This document shows, piece by piece, positions 49,568 to 59,565 of a DNA stretch of 64,000 bases. Positions within the stretch are counted from its first letter, which is position 1. Every line of letters begins with the position of its first letter. The stretch is from Candidatus Marinacidobacterales bacterium (GTDB lineage: Bacteria; Acidobacteriota; Vicinamibacteria; Marinacidobacterales; DATDRI01): positions 2,176,001-2,240,000 of the forward strand of contig OZ245365.1 of assembly GCA_965226495.1 (NCBI GenBank), in the 5' to 3' direction. The notes under the pieces were generated by a model. That model was not told where the DNA came from and did not search any database. It saw only the letters and a list, made by a program, of their open reading frames with translations. Made by a program: the position numbers and the translations under genes.

Positions 49568-50713
49568 ATGCGGCTTCTCAACTCTGTCGTCGGCTTCGAT
49601 AGGATCAAGCATCGTGGCGATCGCCACTTTGTCGATGGCGATTTTCACCGCGCGAAACGGGAGTATGAGAGAGCGCGCTCCACTCTAGCTCCTTTGGATT
49701 ATCGCGGCGCGACCATCGACGCGCTCATCCGAGAATGCTCGGCACGGACGGGCGAGCCGGTCGAGTTGATGGGGGAGGGGTCGCGTATCGGGGCGCCATC
49801 TCCTCCGATTTCCCCGATCTCGATGACCGCCGAAGAGGAACCACCGTTCGTTCCGGACATGAACGATTTTCTCGAGCTGGCGATTGCTGGGAAAGCGCCG
49901 GAAAGGGCCGCCATGTACCGCGGCCTTCGGTGGGAGTTCGAAGCGGGATACGTGGCTCTCGCCCAAGGAGAACCGGAACGAGCCATCGAGCTCCTCCAGT
50001 TGGCGGGACGCAAGTTGCGCCCGACCTTCGTGCTCCATCTCGAGCTCGGTCGCGCGATGAGTATGGTTGGGGATATGACGGCGGCGCTGGCGGAGCTCGA
50101 AAAAGCAACGCAGCTGTCGCCCACCGATCTGGAGGCATCGAACCTAATGGGCGCGGTGCTGATTCAGCTGGGCAAGCCTGAAGACGCGGAGAAAGTACTA
50201 CTCCCGTTGATCGATCGTCAGGAGGCGGGGGTCGAGTCGCTCTTCCTACTCGGCCGGTCCCTGGCTTGCCAGGGGAGGCGGGGGGAGGCTCTCGCACGGT
50301 TCCGGGAAGCCGTCGAGCGAGACGGTGGTTTTCATGATGCCTACTTCGAAGCCGGTCGGCTCTTGAAGGAAGAAGGTGACGACGCCGGCGCTCTTCGCCT
50401 TTTGCAGCAGGCGTGCTCCATACTTCCCGACGAGGTCGACTATAACCGTGAGCTTGCGACGCTCGTGCTCGCAAGAGAGTTGGATGTGGACGCTGGTCTT
50501 GCCGCCTGCGATCGACTCATGATCACCGACGAGGAGAATCGTTGGGAGTATCTCTCCTGGATTGCGGAACTCTACCTACGAAACGGTTGGCGGCGGGAGG
50601 CCATCGATCCCTTGCGCAAGGCGATTGCTCTCGTCCCATCCGATCGGCCCAAGGAGAGGTTCGGGCTGCAAACACGGTTAGCCGATCTAGAGAGGATTCC
50701 GAACGGCGCGTGA
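49568..50713 (+). CDS. Tetratricopeptide repeat protein
   Basis: Multiple LG......G....A...L.KA....P repeats; start uncertain. Confidence 0.8.
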   Translation: MRLLNSVVGFDRIKHRGDRHFVDGDFHRAKREYERARSTLAPLDYRGATIDALIRECSARTGEPVELMGEGSRIGAPSPPISPISMTAEEEPPFVPDMNDFLELAIAGKAPERAAMYRGLRWEFEAGYVALAQGEPERAIELLQLAGRKLRPTFVLHLELGRAMSMVGDMTAALAELEKATQLSPTDLEASNLMGAVLIQLGKPEDAEKVLLPLIDRQEAGVESLFLLGRSLACQGRRGEALARFREAVERDGGFHDAYFEAGRLLKEEGDDAGALRLLQQACSILPDEVDYNRELATLVLARELDVDAGLAACDRLMITDEENRWEYLSWIAELYLRNGWRREAIDPLRKAIALVPSDRPKERFGLQTRLADLERIPNGA

Positions 50714-50735
50714 ACTAGCATTTCGTTTACTCTGC

Positions 50736-51920
50736 TCAGACGCCCATGGAGCTCAGAACCAAGCGTGCGGCTCCCGCGACGAAGACCACCCAGGCCGGGT
50801 TGGGACGCAACCAAAGCAAAGCGGCGCAAGAGAGACCGGCGATGACCAATCCCACCGGACCGACGACTCCGGCTCTGCCCAAGCTGATCGCGGCGGCTAG
50901 CAACATCCCCAAGACCGCCGGGGCCAGACCCTTGAGGAACGCGTTCACCTGGCGATTGCTGCGGAATTGATCCAGATAGCGCGCTGCAGAAGAGGCAAGC
51001 AGAAACGAAGGAAAGAAGATCGCCAAGGTGGCGACGATCGCGCCTGTGAGCCCGGCGGCCTTGAAACCGATGAACGTGGCAGTGATGACGACGGGGCCGG
51101 GAGTCACTTGTCCAAGCGCCATGGCATCGGCGAATTCCTGACTCGTGAGCCAACCTGCCTGAGTGACGACCTCATGCTCGAGCAGGGGGATCATCACGAA
51201 GCCGCCTCCGAAAGTGATGGCTCCAGCCGTCAGAAAAACCCGCAGGATCTCCCAGAGGACGCCCGCGCTGACGAGGGGGACGAGGACCCAAGGGAGAAAG
51301 CACAGCAGGGTCGGCGGTTCGTCGCTGGCTCTTCTTTTGCCTTTCTTTCTACGAGACCGTCGCTTGCGGTTCTCTTGAAAAGAGTCGGTGAAGATCCCGA
51401 TGAGGCCGGCGAGCAAAATCACCTCGATGGCGGCGGTACCCGACAAAACCAACAGCGCGCAAGAGAGAGCCGCGAGGCTGAAACTCCAGGCCGACTTGAT
51501 GGCTCTTTGGCCCAGGTTCAAGGTTAGAGCCAGGATGAGACCGACAACGGCCGAGGTCAGTCCTTCGAAAAGTGCATCCATGCGCGGTAGGTCGCGAAAA
51601 TACGGGTAAGCGAGGGCGGCCGCGAGCATGAGAAGGAACGACGGCAACACAAAAGTGAACGTCGAGAGAGCGGCCCCAAGCCAACCGCTGAGTCGCATGG
51701 CGATGAACGCGGTGGTGTTGGCAGCAACCGCGCCCGGTAGGCTTTGACCAATCGCGAAGGCCTCCAGGACATCGTCTTCGCTCATCCACTTCCGCTTCTG
51801 CATCTCGCGTTCGATGAGACTCAGCACTGCCATCCCACCTCCGAAACCGGTCGCACCGATTTGCAGAAACGCGAGTGCGAGTTGGGAAACCGTCGGTTTC
51901 CGTCGCGCCGCTGCGGTCAC
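50736..51920 (-). CDS. chrA: Chromate efflux transporter (long-chain CHR)
   Basis: Duplicated FGGG motifs, GQSLPG and GQVTPGP, PSF; start uncertain. Confidence 0.9.
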   Translation of the reverse strand: MTAAARRKPTVSQLALAFLQIGATGFGGGMAVLSLIEREMQKRKWMSEDDVLEAFAIGQSLPGAVAANTTAFIAMRLSGWLGAALSTFTFVLPSFLLMLAAALAYPYFRDLPRMDALFEGLTSAVVGLILALTLNLGQRAIKSAWSFSLAALSCALLVLSGTAAIEVILLAGLIGIFTDSFQENRKRRSRRKKGKRRASDEPPTLLCFLPWVLVPLVSAGVLWEILRVFLTAGAITFGGGFVMIPLLEHEVVTQAGWLTSQEFADAMALGQVTPGPVVITATFIGFKAAGLTGAIVATLAIFFPSFLLASSAARYLDQFRSNRQVNAFLKGLAPAVLGMLLAAAISLGRAGVVGPVGLVIAGLSCAALLWLRPNPAWVVFVAGAARLVLSSMGV

Positions 51921-52124
51921 AGGGTCACGACCTGGAAGGGAGTCTCGTGGGGCAGCGGGCGATCGCGCCACGATGGCATGCCCGTGTCGCAACCGATAGA
52001 ATTGCGATTGTCGATGATGAACCCGTCGTACATGCGGATAGCGTGAAATGTTATCACTCCCGTCATCCGCCGAGCAAACTGACTTGATTGAAGTTGGCTT
52101 CCTTCCATTAATCAGCAGGCTCGC

Positions 52125-53333
52125 TTGATCGGTTCCGTGCCAGGATCCGGGCAGAGCGGTCAGTCGTTTCCCTGGAAAATCGTGGCCTCGCTGATAGGGC
52201 TGCTGACCCTCGGGCTGATGGACAATCAGATCTTGGCTCCGCTACTGCCGGAGATCGCGTCGAGCTTCGGCGTTGGAGCGGCGCGCGTAGGACTAACTGT
52301 CTCCGGATACGCATTAGCGGCCGCTGTTGCGGCGCTCATCATTGGTCCTTTGTCCGACCGGGCAGCGAGACGGCCTTTTCTGGTCGCGGCGGGGATGGGC
52401 TTCGGTTTGGCGAGTCTAGCCGTGTTCTTCACTGGATCGTTCTTCCTTTTTGCGGCGGCGCGGTGCTTCGCCGGGGCTTCGGCGGGTGTGATCTCTGCCT
52501 TGGTCGTGGCTTCCATTGCCGACCGCGTTCCCTACGAACGGCGTGGTCGTGCAATGAGCTGGGTCGCCTCCGCGTATGTCGTCGCTCCCATGCTGGGTGT
52601 GCCCGCCGCGTCTTGGCTAGCCGAAGAGTTCGAATGGCGAGCCCTCTACTTACTATTTGGTGGCGCTGCTGCGGTGCTCTCGCTGGCCTTGACGGTTTGG
52701 TTCACGGAGGCATCCACTGCGGACACTGGCGAACGGAGTCACTGGCTGTCGGAGGCTTCGCAGAATTACTACCGGTTTCTGAAAAACAAGGTGACCGCTG
52801 CCGGTGCGCTTTCCGCTTTTTTTGTCTCTGGTGGGATCACCGGCTTTACCATATATCTCTTCGCGTACTTGAGTACGGAGTTCGGCTTCTCTCTCACGGC
52901 GCGCGGCATGGTCTTCCTCGTGAGTGGAGGGGCCGCTTTCTTAGGGGCGTTGGGGGCGGGACCGCTCTCCGATCGGATAGGGAAGCGCCCGGTGGCTATC
53001 TGGGGAAGTGTGGCCCTCGCCGGTCTCGTGTTAATCGTTCCGAGTTTGGGTAGTGGCGGGATCCTTTATGTAGTATTGGGGTTGGTCGGTCTGGCTGCCG
53101 CTTCTCGGATGGCGCCTTTGCAATCGCTGGTGACGGAGTTGGTGAGCCGCGAGGCACGTGGCGCCTACGTGGCCCTGCGCAATACATTTTCCCAACTAGG
53201 TATCGCCGTTGCCGCGGCGGTGGGCGGTCCTCTTCTTTCGAGCTGGGGATTCGGGGCGGTCTGCATCCTTGCCGCAGCCTTTAGCCTGACGGCGGCGCTG
53301 CTGCTGTTGTTGGTGGAAGAGCCCAAAGTGTGA
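52125..53333 (+). CDS. MFS transporter
   Basis: About 12 TM; GPLSDR..RR and GPLSDRIGKR motif A; ERRGRA. Confidence 0.92.
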   Translation: MIGSVPGSGQSGQSFPWKIVASLIGLLTLGLMDNQILAPLLPEIASSFGVGAARVGLTVSGYALAAAVAALIIGPLSDRAARRPFLVAAGMGFGLASLAVFFTGSFFLFAAARCFAGASAGVISALVVASIADRVPYERRGRAMSWVASAYVVAPMLGVPAASWLAEEFEWRALYLLFGGAAAVLSLALTVWFTEASTADTGERSHWLSEASQNYYRFLKNKVTAAGALSAFFVSGGITGFTIYLFAYLSTEFGFSLTARGMVFLVSGGAAFLGALGAGPLSDRIGKRPVAIWGSVALAGLVLIVPSLGSGGILYVVLGLVGLAAASRMAPLQSLVTELVSREARGAYVALRNTFSQLGIAVAAAVGGPLLSSWGFGAVCILAAAFSLTAALLLLLVEEPKV

Positions 53334-54274
53334 AGCCGAAGCGACGATCGCTGTTTCGAATCCTGAAGTGGGGCTTTTTGTCGTTGGTCGTTCTGTGCTT
53401 CGTTCTAGTTTTTTTCGTGGCTCCCTACTGGTTGGCACACTTCGTTACGACGTTCGGGACTCGTCCGATGGACCTGGAGCTCACATCCAGCCCGGCAGAG
53501 TTCGACATCGCATTCGAGGAAGTTTCCTTCACGTCGTCCGATGGGGTTCCGCTGAAAGGATGGTATCTAGGAGGTGGAGAACGGGGTGCCTCAATCGTAT
53601 GCGCACACGGACTCTTCCGGTCACGTCGCGAGGTACTGGACCGGGGCGTCTTCTTTCGCCGAGCAGGGTTCAACGTGCTGCTCCTTGATTCTCGCCGGCA
53701 CGGAGAGAGTGGAGGCGAACGAGTCACCCTCGGCTTCAAGGAGCGCTTCGACGTCCAGGGAGGGGTTCGTTTTCTCCGGAACAGAAACCCCGACGATCGA
53801 ATCTTGCTTTTCGGGGTCTCGATGGGCGCCGCGGCCTCGCTTCTTGCTGCGGTGGAGACGCCCGAGGTTGTGTTGGTTATCGCCGACAGCAGCTTTCTTT
53901 CCTTCGAGCATACGATCACCCATCATCTCGATCTCTTCTTCGGCCTGCCACGGTTTCCGATCGGTGACGAATTGATCTTCTTTATCGAGCGCCGTGCCGG
54001 CTTCCGAAAAGAGGAATTCGATTTGGAGCAAGCGGTAGCGAAGATCGGCGACCGGCCCATTTTGTTCATCGCCGGCGGTGAGGATCAGCGAATGCCCATC
54101 GCGCTTCAAAGGAGACTCTACCAGGCAGCAAGGAGCTCGCTAAGTGAGCTAGTGATCGTCGATGGTGCGACACACGGCGCTGCATACCGGACCGAGCCCG
54201 ACACCTACCAGGAGGTACTCCTCGAGTTTCTTGCTAGGGCGATGGAGCCGTCAACACCTACCAGCGGGCAATAA
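53330..54274 (+). CDS. Membrane-anchored alpha/beta hydrolase
   Basis: N-terminal TM; HG, D.R.HGES.G, GVSMG, G.ED, GATHG. Confidence 0.88.
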   Translation: MKPKRRSLFRILKWGFLSLVVLCFVLVFFVAPYWLAHFVTTFGTRPMDLELTSSPAEFDIAFEEVSFTSSDGVPLKGWYLGGGERGASIVCAHGLFRSRREVLDRGVFFRRAGFNVLLLDSRRHGESGGERVTLGFKERFDVQGGVRFLRNRNPDDRILLFGVSMGAAASLLAAVETPEVVLVIADSSFLSFEHTITHHLDLFFGLPRFPIGDELIFFIERRAGFRKEEFDLEQAVAKIGDRPILFIAGGEDQRMPIALQRRLYQAARSSLSELVIVDGATHGAAYRTEPDTYQEVLLEFLARAMEPSTPTSGQ

Positions 54275-54289
54275 ATAAGCCGAGCCGTT

Positions 54290-54721
54290 TCAGGCGTTGG
54301 GGGTATGAGGCAGTCTGGGAAGCAGGAAATAGCCCTTAACTTCTTGGACCCGGCGCCGGGAGCCAGGATGGCCGGGAGGGCCCGACGAATCGGGATAATG
54401 CCCGAGGAAGGCATCCCGGATGGTCTCGTATTCTTCGAGGGGGAAGTACCGCTGTACGAGGACGGTTGTTCGGAAGCGGGCATCCCAGAAATGAAGGTCC
54501 ACGCGGAGGACTGGCTCCAGTGGGCGAGCCTGTTTGGGGGGCTCCGATCCGTACGTGTCGGCGTCGACCCAGATGGAGATCTCATCGCCCTCGACAATCT
54601 TTCCGTGGCGATGGGTCATGTAGTACCGCCATAGAGGGAACTCTCGCAGGGGAACGAAGCGCAGGGAAGGAGCCTCGCCGGGGGAACGAAGGTAGCACTT
54701 GACGATCTTGACTCTCGCCAT
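54290..54721 (-). CDS. Hypothetical protein
   Basis: ATG with AGGAG SD; 143 aa aromatic-rich globular sequence, no family recognised. Confidence 0.65.
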   Translation of the reverse strand: MARVKIVKCYLRSPGEAPSLRFVPLREFPLWRYYMTHRHGKIVEGDEISIWVDADTYGSEPPKQARPLEPVLRVDLHFWDARFRTTVLVQRYFPLEEYETIRDAFLGHYPDSSGPPGHPGSRRRVQEVKGYFLLPRLPHTPNA

Positions 54722-55091
54722 TCGCACTCCTGGCACTCGCAAGTGAACTCCATCGTGCGAGCGCGCAGGTAATCCAAGGAGTCGGCGCGTCGCAGAAGGT
54801 GTAACTTGGAAACTGGGTCCGGGTAGTATACGACGGAACCGCAACCATTGGAAGGGCTAGTTGAAGGGTCGAAAATTCGCGGGCTGAAAGTGGCGCTGGC
54901 AAGCCTGATTGCCGGCACTCCCTATTTTGGCGCACGCAGTACGACCGGGCGGTACGACAACCAAACGTCCCGAAGGATTGATTCTCGACGCCGGACTCCT
55001 TATGATTAGTCGATCCGGGCGGGCAGGCCTCTCGGGGCTCTCGAACCATTGGTTACACCAATCTAATCCCTGGCTAGTCTCTGGCTAATAT

Positions 55092-56522
55092 ATGACCACC
55101 ACGGCTGACGCTCCCGAAGATCTCAACCTCAACAACATCGTCGCTCGGCAATTCCACCGTGCCGCCGAGGCCATGGATTTGCCCGAGGGGCTGCTGAAAC
55201 AGATTAGAGCCTGCAATTCCATCTATTTCATGCAGTTTCCGGTCCAGTTCGGGAACAACTACGAGATCTTCTACGCGTGGAGGGCGGAGCACAGCCAGCA
55301 CCGGAAGCCGTCAAAGGGGGGAATCCGTTATAGCGAATTGGTGGATCAGGATGAGATCACCGCGCTGGCGGCCTTGATGACCTACAAGTGCGCGATCGTC
55401 AACGTTCCCTACGGCGGGGCGAAGGGCGGAATCTCTTTTAATCCAAGGAACTACTCGCGCGAGCAGATCGAGAAAATTACCCGCCGCTTCACCGCAGAGC
55501 TCATCACGAAGAATTTTATCGGGCCAGGGATCGACGTCCCCGCCCCCGACGTGGGAACAGGCGAACGGGAGATGGCGTGGATAGCGGACACCTACGACGC
55601 GTTTCATCCTGGCGGCATCGATAATTTGGCCTGTGTGACGGGCAAGCCGGTGACGCAGGGGGGAGTACGCGGACGAAAAGAGGCGACGGGTCGGGGGGTC
55701 GCTTTCGGTCTCCAGAAGGCTCTGGAAACCCCAGACGACTTCAAGAAATTGGGCCTGTCCCGAGGCCTGGACGGCAAGACCGTCGCGATCCAGGGGTTTG
55801 GGAACGTCGGCTATCACGCCGCCAAGTTCATCGGCGAAGCGGGAGCCAAGGTGGTCGCGATCGGTGAGTGGAACGGCGGTGTTCAAGACCCCAAGGGATT
55901 GGACATCGAAGCTTTGGACGCGTACCGACGCGAGACCGGCGGTATTGTCGGTTTTCCGGACGCTAGGGAGCTGGAGAATCCCGGAGATGTGCTCGAATTG
56001 GAGTGTGACATTCTGATCCCGGCTGCACTGGAAAATCAACTGACGAGGGACAATGCGCCCTTCGTCAAAGCGAAGATCGTTGCCGAGGCAGCGAATGGTC
56101 CAACCACTACCGAAGCGGAGAAAATTCTGTTGGATCGCGGGACCTTCATCATCCCGGACGTCTACTTGAACGCCGGCGGCGTCGTTGTCTCATATTTCGA
56201 ATGGGGCAAGAATCTCTCGCACATGCGATACGGATTGCTTCAAAAGCGGCTCGAAGAGGCGAAGAATGAAACGCTATTGAAGGCCGCCGAGGAGCTGAGT
56301 GGGCGGAGCTTGTCCGATAGTCTCCGGAGCAGATTGTCGGTTCCGCCAAGCGAAGAGGCGCTCGTCAACAGCGGCCTCGAAGAGAAGATGAGTCGCGCGT
56401 ATGAGGAAATCCGGGAAGTCTTGCTCACTCGCGACAAGGTCAAGGAAATGCGGACCGCCGCGTATGTGGTGGCCATCGAGAAAATCGCACGCTCCTACAT
56501 GGAGCTTGGAATCTTCCCCTGA
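55092..56522 (+). CDS. gdhA: Glutamate dehydrogenase (Glu/Leu/Phe/Val family)
   Basis: KGGIRY, MTYKCA, GGAKGG, DVPAPD, ATGRGV, QGFGNVG, EAANGP, NAGGV.VSYFEW. Confidence 0.95.
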   Translation: MTTTADAPEDLNLNNIVARQFHRAAEAMDLPEGLLKQIRACNSIYFMQFPVQFGNNYEIFYAWRAEHSQHRKPSKGGIRYSELVDQDEITALAALMTYKCAIVNVPYGGAKGGISFNPRNYSREQIEKITRRFTAELITKNFIGPGIDVPAPDVGTGEREMAWIADTYDAFHPGGIDNLACVTGKPVTQGGVRGRKEATGRGVAFGLQKALETPDDFKKLGLSRGLDGKTVAIQGFGNVGYHAAKFIGEAGAKVVAIGEWNGGVQDPKGLDIEALDAYRRETGGIVGFPDARELENPGDVLELECDILIPAALENQLTRDNAPFVKAKIVAEAANGPTTTEAEKILLDRGTFIIPDVYLNAGGVVVSYFEWGKNLSHMRYGLLQKRLEEAKNETLLKAAEELSGRSLSDSLRSRLSVPPSEEALVNSGLEEKMSRAYEEIREVLLTRDKVKEMRTAAYVVAIEKIARSYMELGIFP

Positions 56523-56528
56523 TCGGAA

Positions 56529-56553
56529 AAATGACCCGGAAATGACCCGGAAA
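56529..56553. repeat. 11-bp tandem duplication AAATGACCCGG
   Basis: Units 56529-56539 and 56540-56550, in the spacer after gdhA. Confidence 0.8.
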
Positions 56554-56563
56554 GGAAACAAGC

Positions 56564-57118
56564 TTGACCCTCGCCAATCAGCTGACCGTCCTCCGGATGT
56601 GCCTGGTTCCTGTCTTGGTCATCCTGGTCATCTACGGCTATTTCGGTTGGGCCCTGGCGGTGTTCGCGATTGCGGGAATCACTGATGCGCTCGATGGGCT
56701 CTTCGCGCGGGTGCGCCAGGAACGGACGCAGCTGGGCACGATTCTCGATCCTCTTGCGGATAAGCTTCTGGTGGTCAGTTCGCTCATCGTACTGTCGATT
56801 CCCAACCCCTTGCTGACTGTTCGCATTCCGGCCTGGATTACCATCCTCACCATTAGTCGCGACGCCGGCATTCTTCTTACCGTCATCTCGGTCAACTTGG
56901 CGGTGGGGAGGCGAATCTTTCCGCCCACGCTTCTCGGCAAGGCGACCACGATAGTGCAGTTGGTTACTATCTTGTGGATCTTCTGGTGCAACTATCGAGG
57001 GACGACCTTTGCCGCTACCGATTCTCTCCTAATATTAATGGTCGTCTTTACGATCGCTTCCGCTCTTCACTACATCTACCACGCGCGCAAACTCATGGCA
57101 GGGTGGGAAGCGGACTAG
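56564..57118 (+). CDS. CDP-alcohol phosphatidyltransferase family protein
   Basis: ANQLT.LR, DALDG..AR.....T.LG..LDP.ADK, GK.TT..Q. Confidence 0.92.
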   Translation: MTLANQLTVLRMCLVPVLVILVIYGYFGWALAVFAIAGITDALDGLFARVRQERTQLGTILDPLADKLLVVSSLIVLSIPNPLLTVRIPAWITILTISRDAGILLTVISVNLAVGRRIFPPTLLGKATTIVQLVTILWIFWCNYRGTTFAATDSLLILMVVFTIASALHYIYHARKLMAGWEAD

Positions 57119-57129
57119 TTGGAACGGGA

Positions 57130-58092
57130 CTAGGCGAGTCCCAGCTTCTGGCGGAAGTACTCGATGGCACGGGCTAGACCGTCTTCGAGCGTCACCTCGG
57201 GCTGCCAACTCAGGATCGTTTGCGCTCGAGTAATGTCCGGCTGGCGCACCTTCGGATCGTCGACCGGCAAAGGCTTGAGCTCGATGCCCACTGGTGCGCC
57301 GGCGAGCCGTTGGATCGTTTCCGCGAGCTCAAGAATCGTCATCTCCGTCGGGTTTCCCAGGTTAACCGGCTCATTGAAGTTCGATGTGAGTAGGCGGTAG
57401 AGACCTTCGACGAGATCGCTCACGTAGCAGAAGCTCCTGGTCTGATTCCCTTCACCGAATACAGTCAGCGGCTCACCTTGGAGCGCTTGGCTGACGAAGG
57501 CGGGGATCGCCCGTCCATCCTTCACCCGCATGCGTGGACCATAGGTATTGAAGATCCGGGCGATCTTGACGTCGATGCCGTGATAACGATGGTAGGCGAT
57601 CGCCATCGCTTCGGCGAATCGCTTGGCTTCATCGTAGACGCCCCGGGGCCCGATGGGGTTCACGTTGCCCCAGTACTCTTCCTTCTGGGGATGCACCAAG
57701 GGGTCGCCGTAGACCTCCGAGGTGGAGGCGAGCAGATAAGTCGCTCCTTTGGCCCGTGCCAATCCTAGCGTCTTGTGGGTTCCGAGGGATCCAACTTTAA
57801 GCGTTTGGATCGGGAGCTCCAAGTAGTCGATGGGGCTCGCAGGGCTCGCAAAATGAAGGATGTAGTCGAGGGGTCCGTCAACCTCGATCTCTTCTGTGAC
57901 GTCGTGCTCGATGAGGGTGAACGCTCCACTTTCGACGTGTGCCAAGTTGGCTCGATTGCCGGTGATGAAGTTGTCCATGCCGATGACGGCGTAGCCCTTG
58001 GCGAGAAAATAGTCGACGAGATGAGAGCCGATGAAACCCGCGGCTCCGGTGATTAAGATACGCTTGTCGTTACTGTCAGGCTTGTTAGGCAA
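57130..58092 (-). CDS. UDP-glucuronic acid decarboxylase family protein (UXS-like)
   Basis: [52 protein letters not shown]; TTG start inferred. Confidence 0.92.
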   Translation of the reverse strand: MPNKPDSNDKRILITGAAGFIGSHLVDYFLAKGYAVIGMDNFITGNRANLAHVESGAFTLIEHDVTEEIEVDGPLDYILHFASPASPIDYLELPIQTLKVGSLGTHKTLGLARAKGATYLLASTSEVYGDPLVHPQKEEYWGNVNPIGPRGVYDEAKRFAEAMAIAYHRYHGIDVKIARIFNTYGPRMRVKDGRAIPAFVSQALQGEPLTVFGEGNQTRSFCYVSDLVEGLYRLLTSNFNEPVNLGNPTEMTILELAETIQRLAGAPVGIELKPLPVDDPKVRQPDITRAQTILSWQPEVTLEDGLARAIEYFRQKLGLA

Positions 58093-58099
58093 TGCGATC

Positions 58100-59539
58100 T
58101 CAGTAAGCGTGTCGGTGGAGGAAAACTCTCCAGAAGGTGAGCCACAGAATCTTGAAGTCCAGCCCCAGCGTCCAGTTCTCGATGTAATAGAGGTCGTGCT
58201 CGATGCGTTTCTCGATGGAGGTGTTGCCTCGCCAGCCATTCACTTGGGCCCAGCCGGTCATCCCCGACTTCACCTTATGACGAAGCATGTACTGGGGGAT
58301 TCGCTCTTTGAACTCCAAGACGAATCGCGGCCGCTCTGGACGAGGACCTACTAGCGACATGTCGCCTCGGAGCACATTGTAGAGCTGTGGGAGTTCGTCA
58401 ATGCTGAGCCGGCGAAGGATACCGCCGAGCGGAGTACGACGCGGATCGTTCGGGTTGGCCCAGACCGGGCCTGTCTCCTTCTCGGCGTCTTCGCGCATAG
58501 AGCGGAACTTATAGATGTTGAATGGCGTGCCGTCGAGACCCATTCTCTCCTGGGCGTAGAAAACCGAGCCCTTGGAAGTGAGCTTGATCAGAACCGCGAT
58601 TACCGCGAACGGTATCGTGGCGAGTGCGAGCAGAACCGAGGAGATGACTATGTCGATGGTTCTTTTCTGAACCCAGTTCCAACCTTGAATCGGCGTTTCG
58701 GCGAGGCTAATCACCGGGATGCCGTCGAGATCTTCGACGCCCGCTCGCAGCGCCACATGGGTCAGGTAATCCCACGCCACTTTGACGTCGAGCCCCTCCC
58801 GGCTAGCGAACCCGATAAGACTCTTGATCTTCTCGTGGTGTTCGAGGGGGAGAGCGACGTAAAGTGAGTGCACCTGCCGCTCGGCGATGACCAGCTCCAC
58901 TTCATCGATGGTTCCTACCACCGGGAGCCCTCGATAGCCGGCGAACTCCCCTCGAAAGTCGTCATCGATAAATCCCAGGACACGGAAACCGAGCTCCTGA
59001 TGGTCGATGAACTTGTCTGCCACCGACCGACCGAGCTCTCCGGCGCCCGCAATCAGGATGTTGCGAAGGCCCTCACCCCTGCGCCAGCGCGCCTCGCGCT
59101 GTTTACGGATCAGCGAACGGGTAAGCGTAAGGAGAACGATGTCGAAACCGACGAATAGTCCGAGGACCAGTTGTGAAAATTCATAGCGACCAGAGATCTC
59201 GGGCGGCCCGTAGAAGTAGTAGACACGCAGATACAAGGCGACGAACAGGGTCGCCGCGGTACCCATGGCGACCGCCCAAACGATAGAAAAGAGCTCGTCG
59301 ATGCGGGAGCGCAGTCGCCTAAGATTGTATAGGCCATGTAGATAGAAGAGGAGCGGCCATAATATAGTGATAAGCGGCAGGAGAAGGGCGTACTGACTTA
59401 GGGGGTTGATTCCCTTTGTGACCTGAACGATCTCGATGTTGAAACGAACGAAGTACGCGAGAAGAAAGGCGACGTAGGTAGCGACGAGGTCGCCGAGAAC
59501 GTACAGGACGGTGTGGCTTCGGCTCTGGTGTTTGACCAT
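58100..59539 (-). CDS. Undecaprenyl-phosphate glucose phosphotransferase (WcaJ-type initiating transferase)
   Basis: 4+1 TM, GAGELG domain, [44 protein letters not shown]. Confidence 0.93.
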   Translation of the reverse strand: MVKHQSRSHTVLYVLGDLVATYVAFLLAYFVRFNIEIVQVTKGINPLSQYALLLPLITILWPLLFYLHGLYNLRRLRSRIDELFSIVWAVAMGTAATLFVALYLRVYYFYGPPEISGRYEFSQLVLGLFVGFDIVLLTLTRSLIRKQREARWRRGEGLRNILIAGAGELGRSVADKFIDHQELGFRVLGFIDDDFRGEFAGYRGLPVVGTIDEVELVIAERQVHSLYVALPLEHHEKIKSLIGFASREGLDVKVAWDYLTHVALRAGVEDLDGIPVISLAETPIQGWNWVQKRTIDIVISSVLLALATIPFAVIAVLIKLTSKGSVFYAQERMGLDGTPFNIYKFRSMREDAEKETGPVWANPNDPRRTPLGGILRRLSIDELPQLYNVLRGDMSLVGPRPERPRFVLEFKERIPQYMLRHKVKSGMTGWAQVNGWRGNTSIEKRIEHDLYYIENWTLGLDFKILWLTFWRVFLHRHAY

Positions 59540-59565
59540 CTCGAGTTGTCAACCGGTCATAATTA

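Noticed and set aside
54305-54634. Plus-strand 109-aa ORF
   Set aside because: Antisense shadow of the minus-strand ORF, which has the better SD and start.
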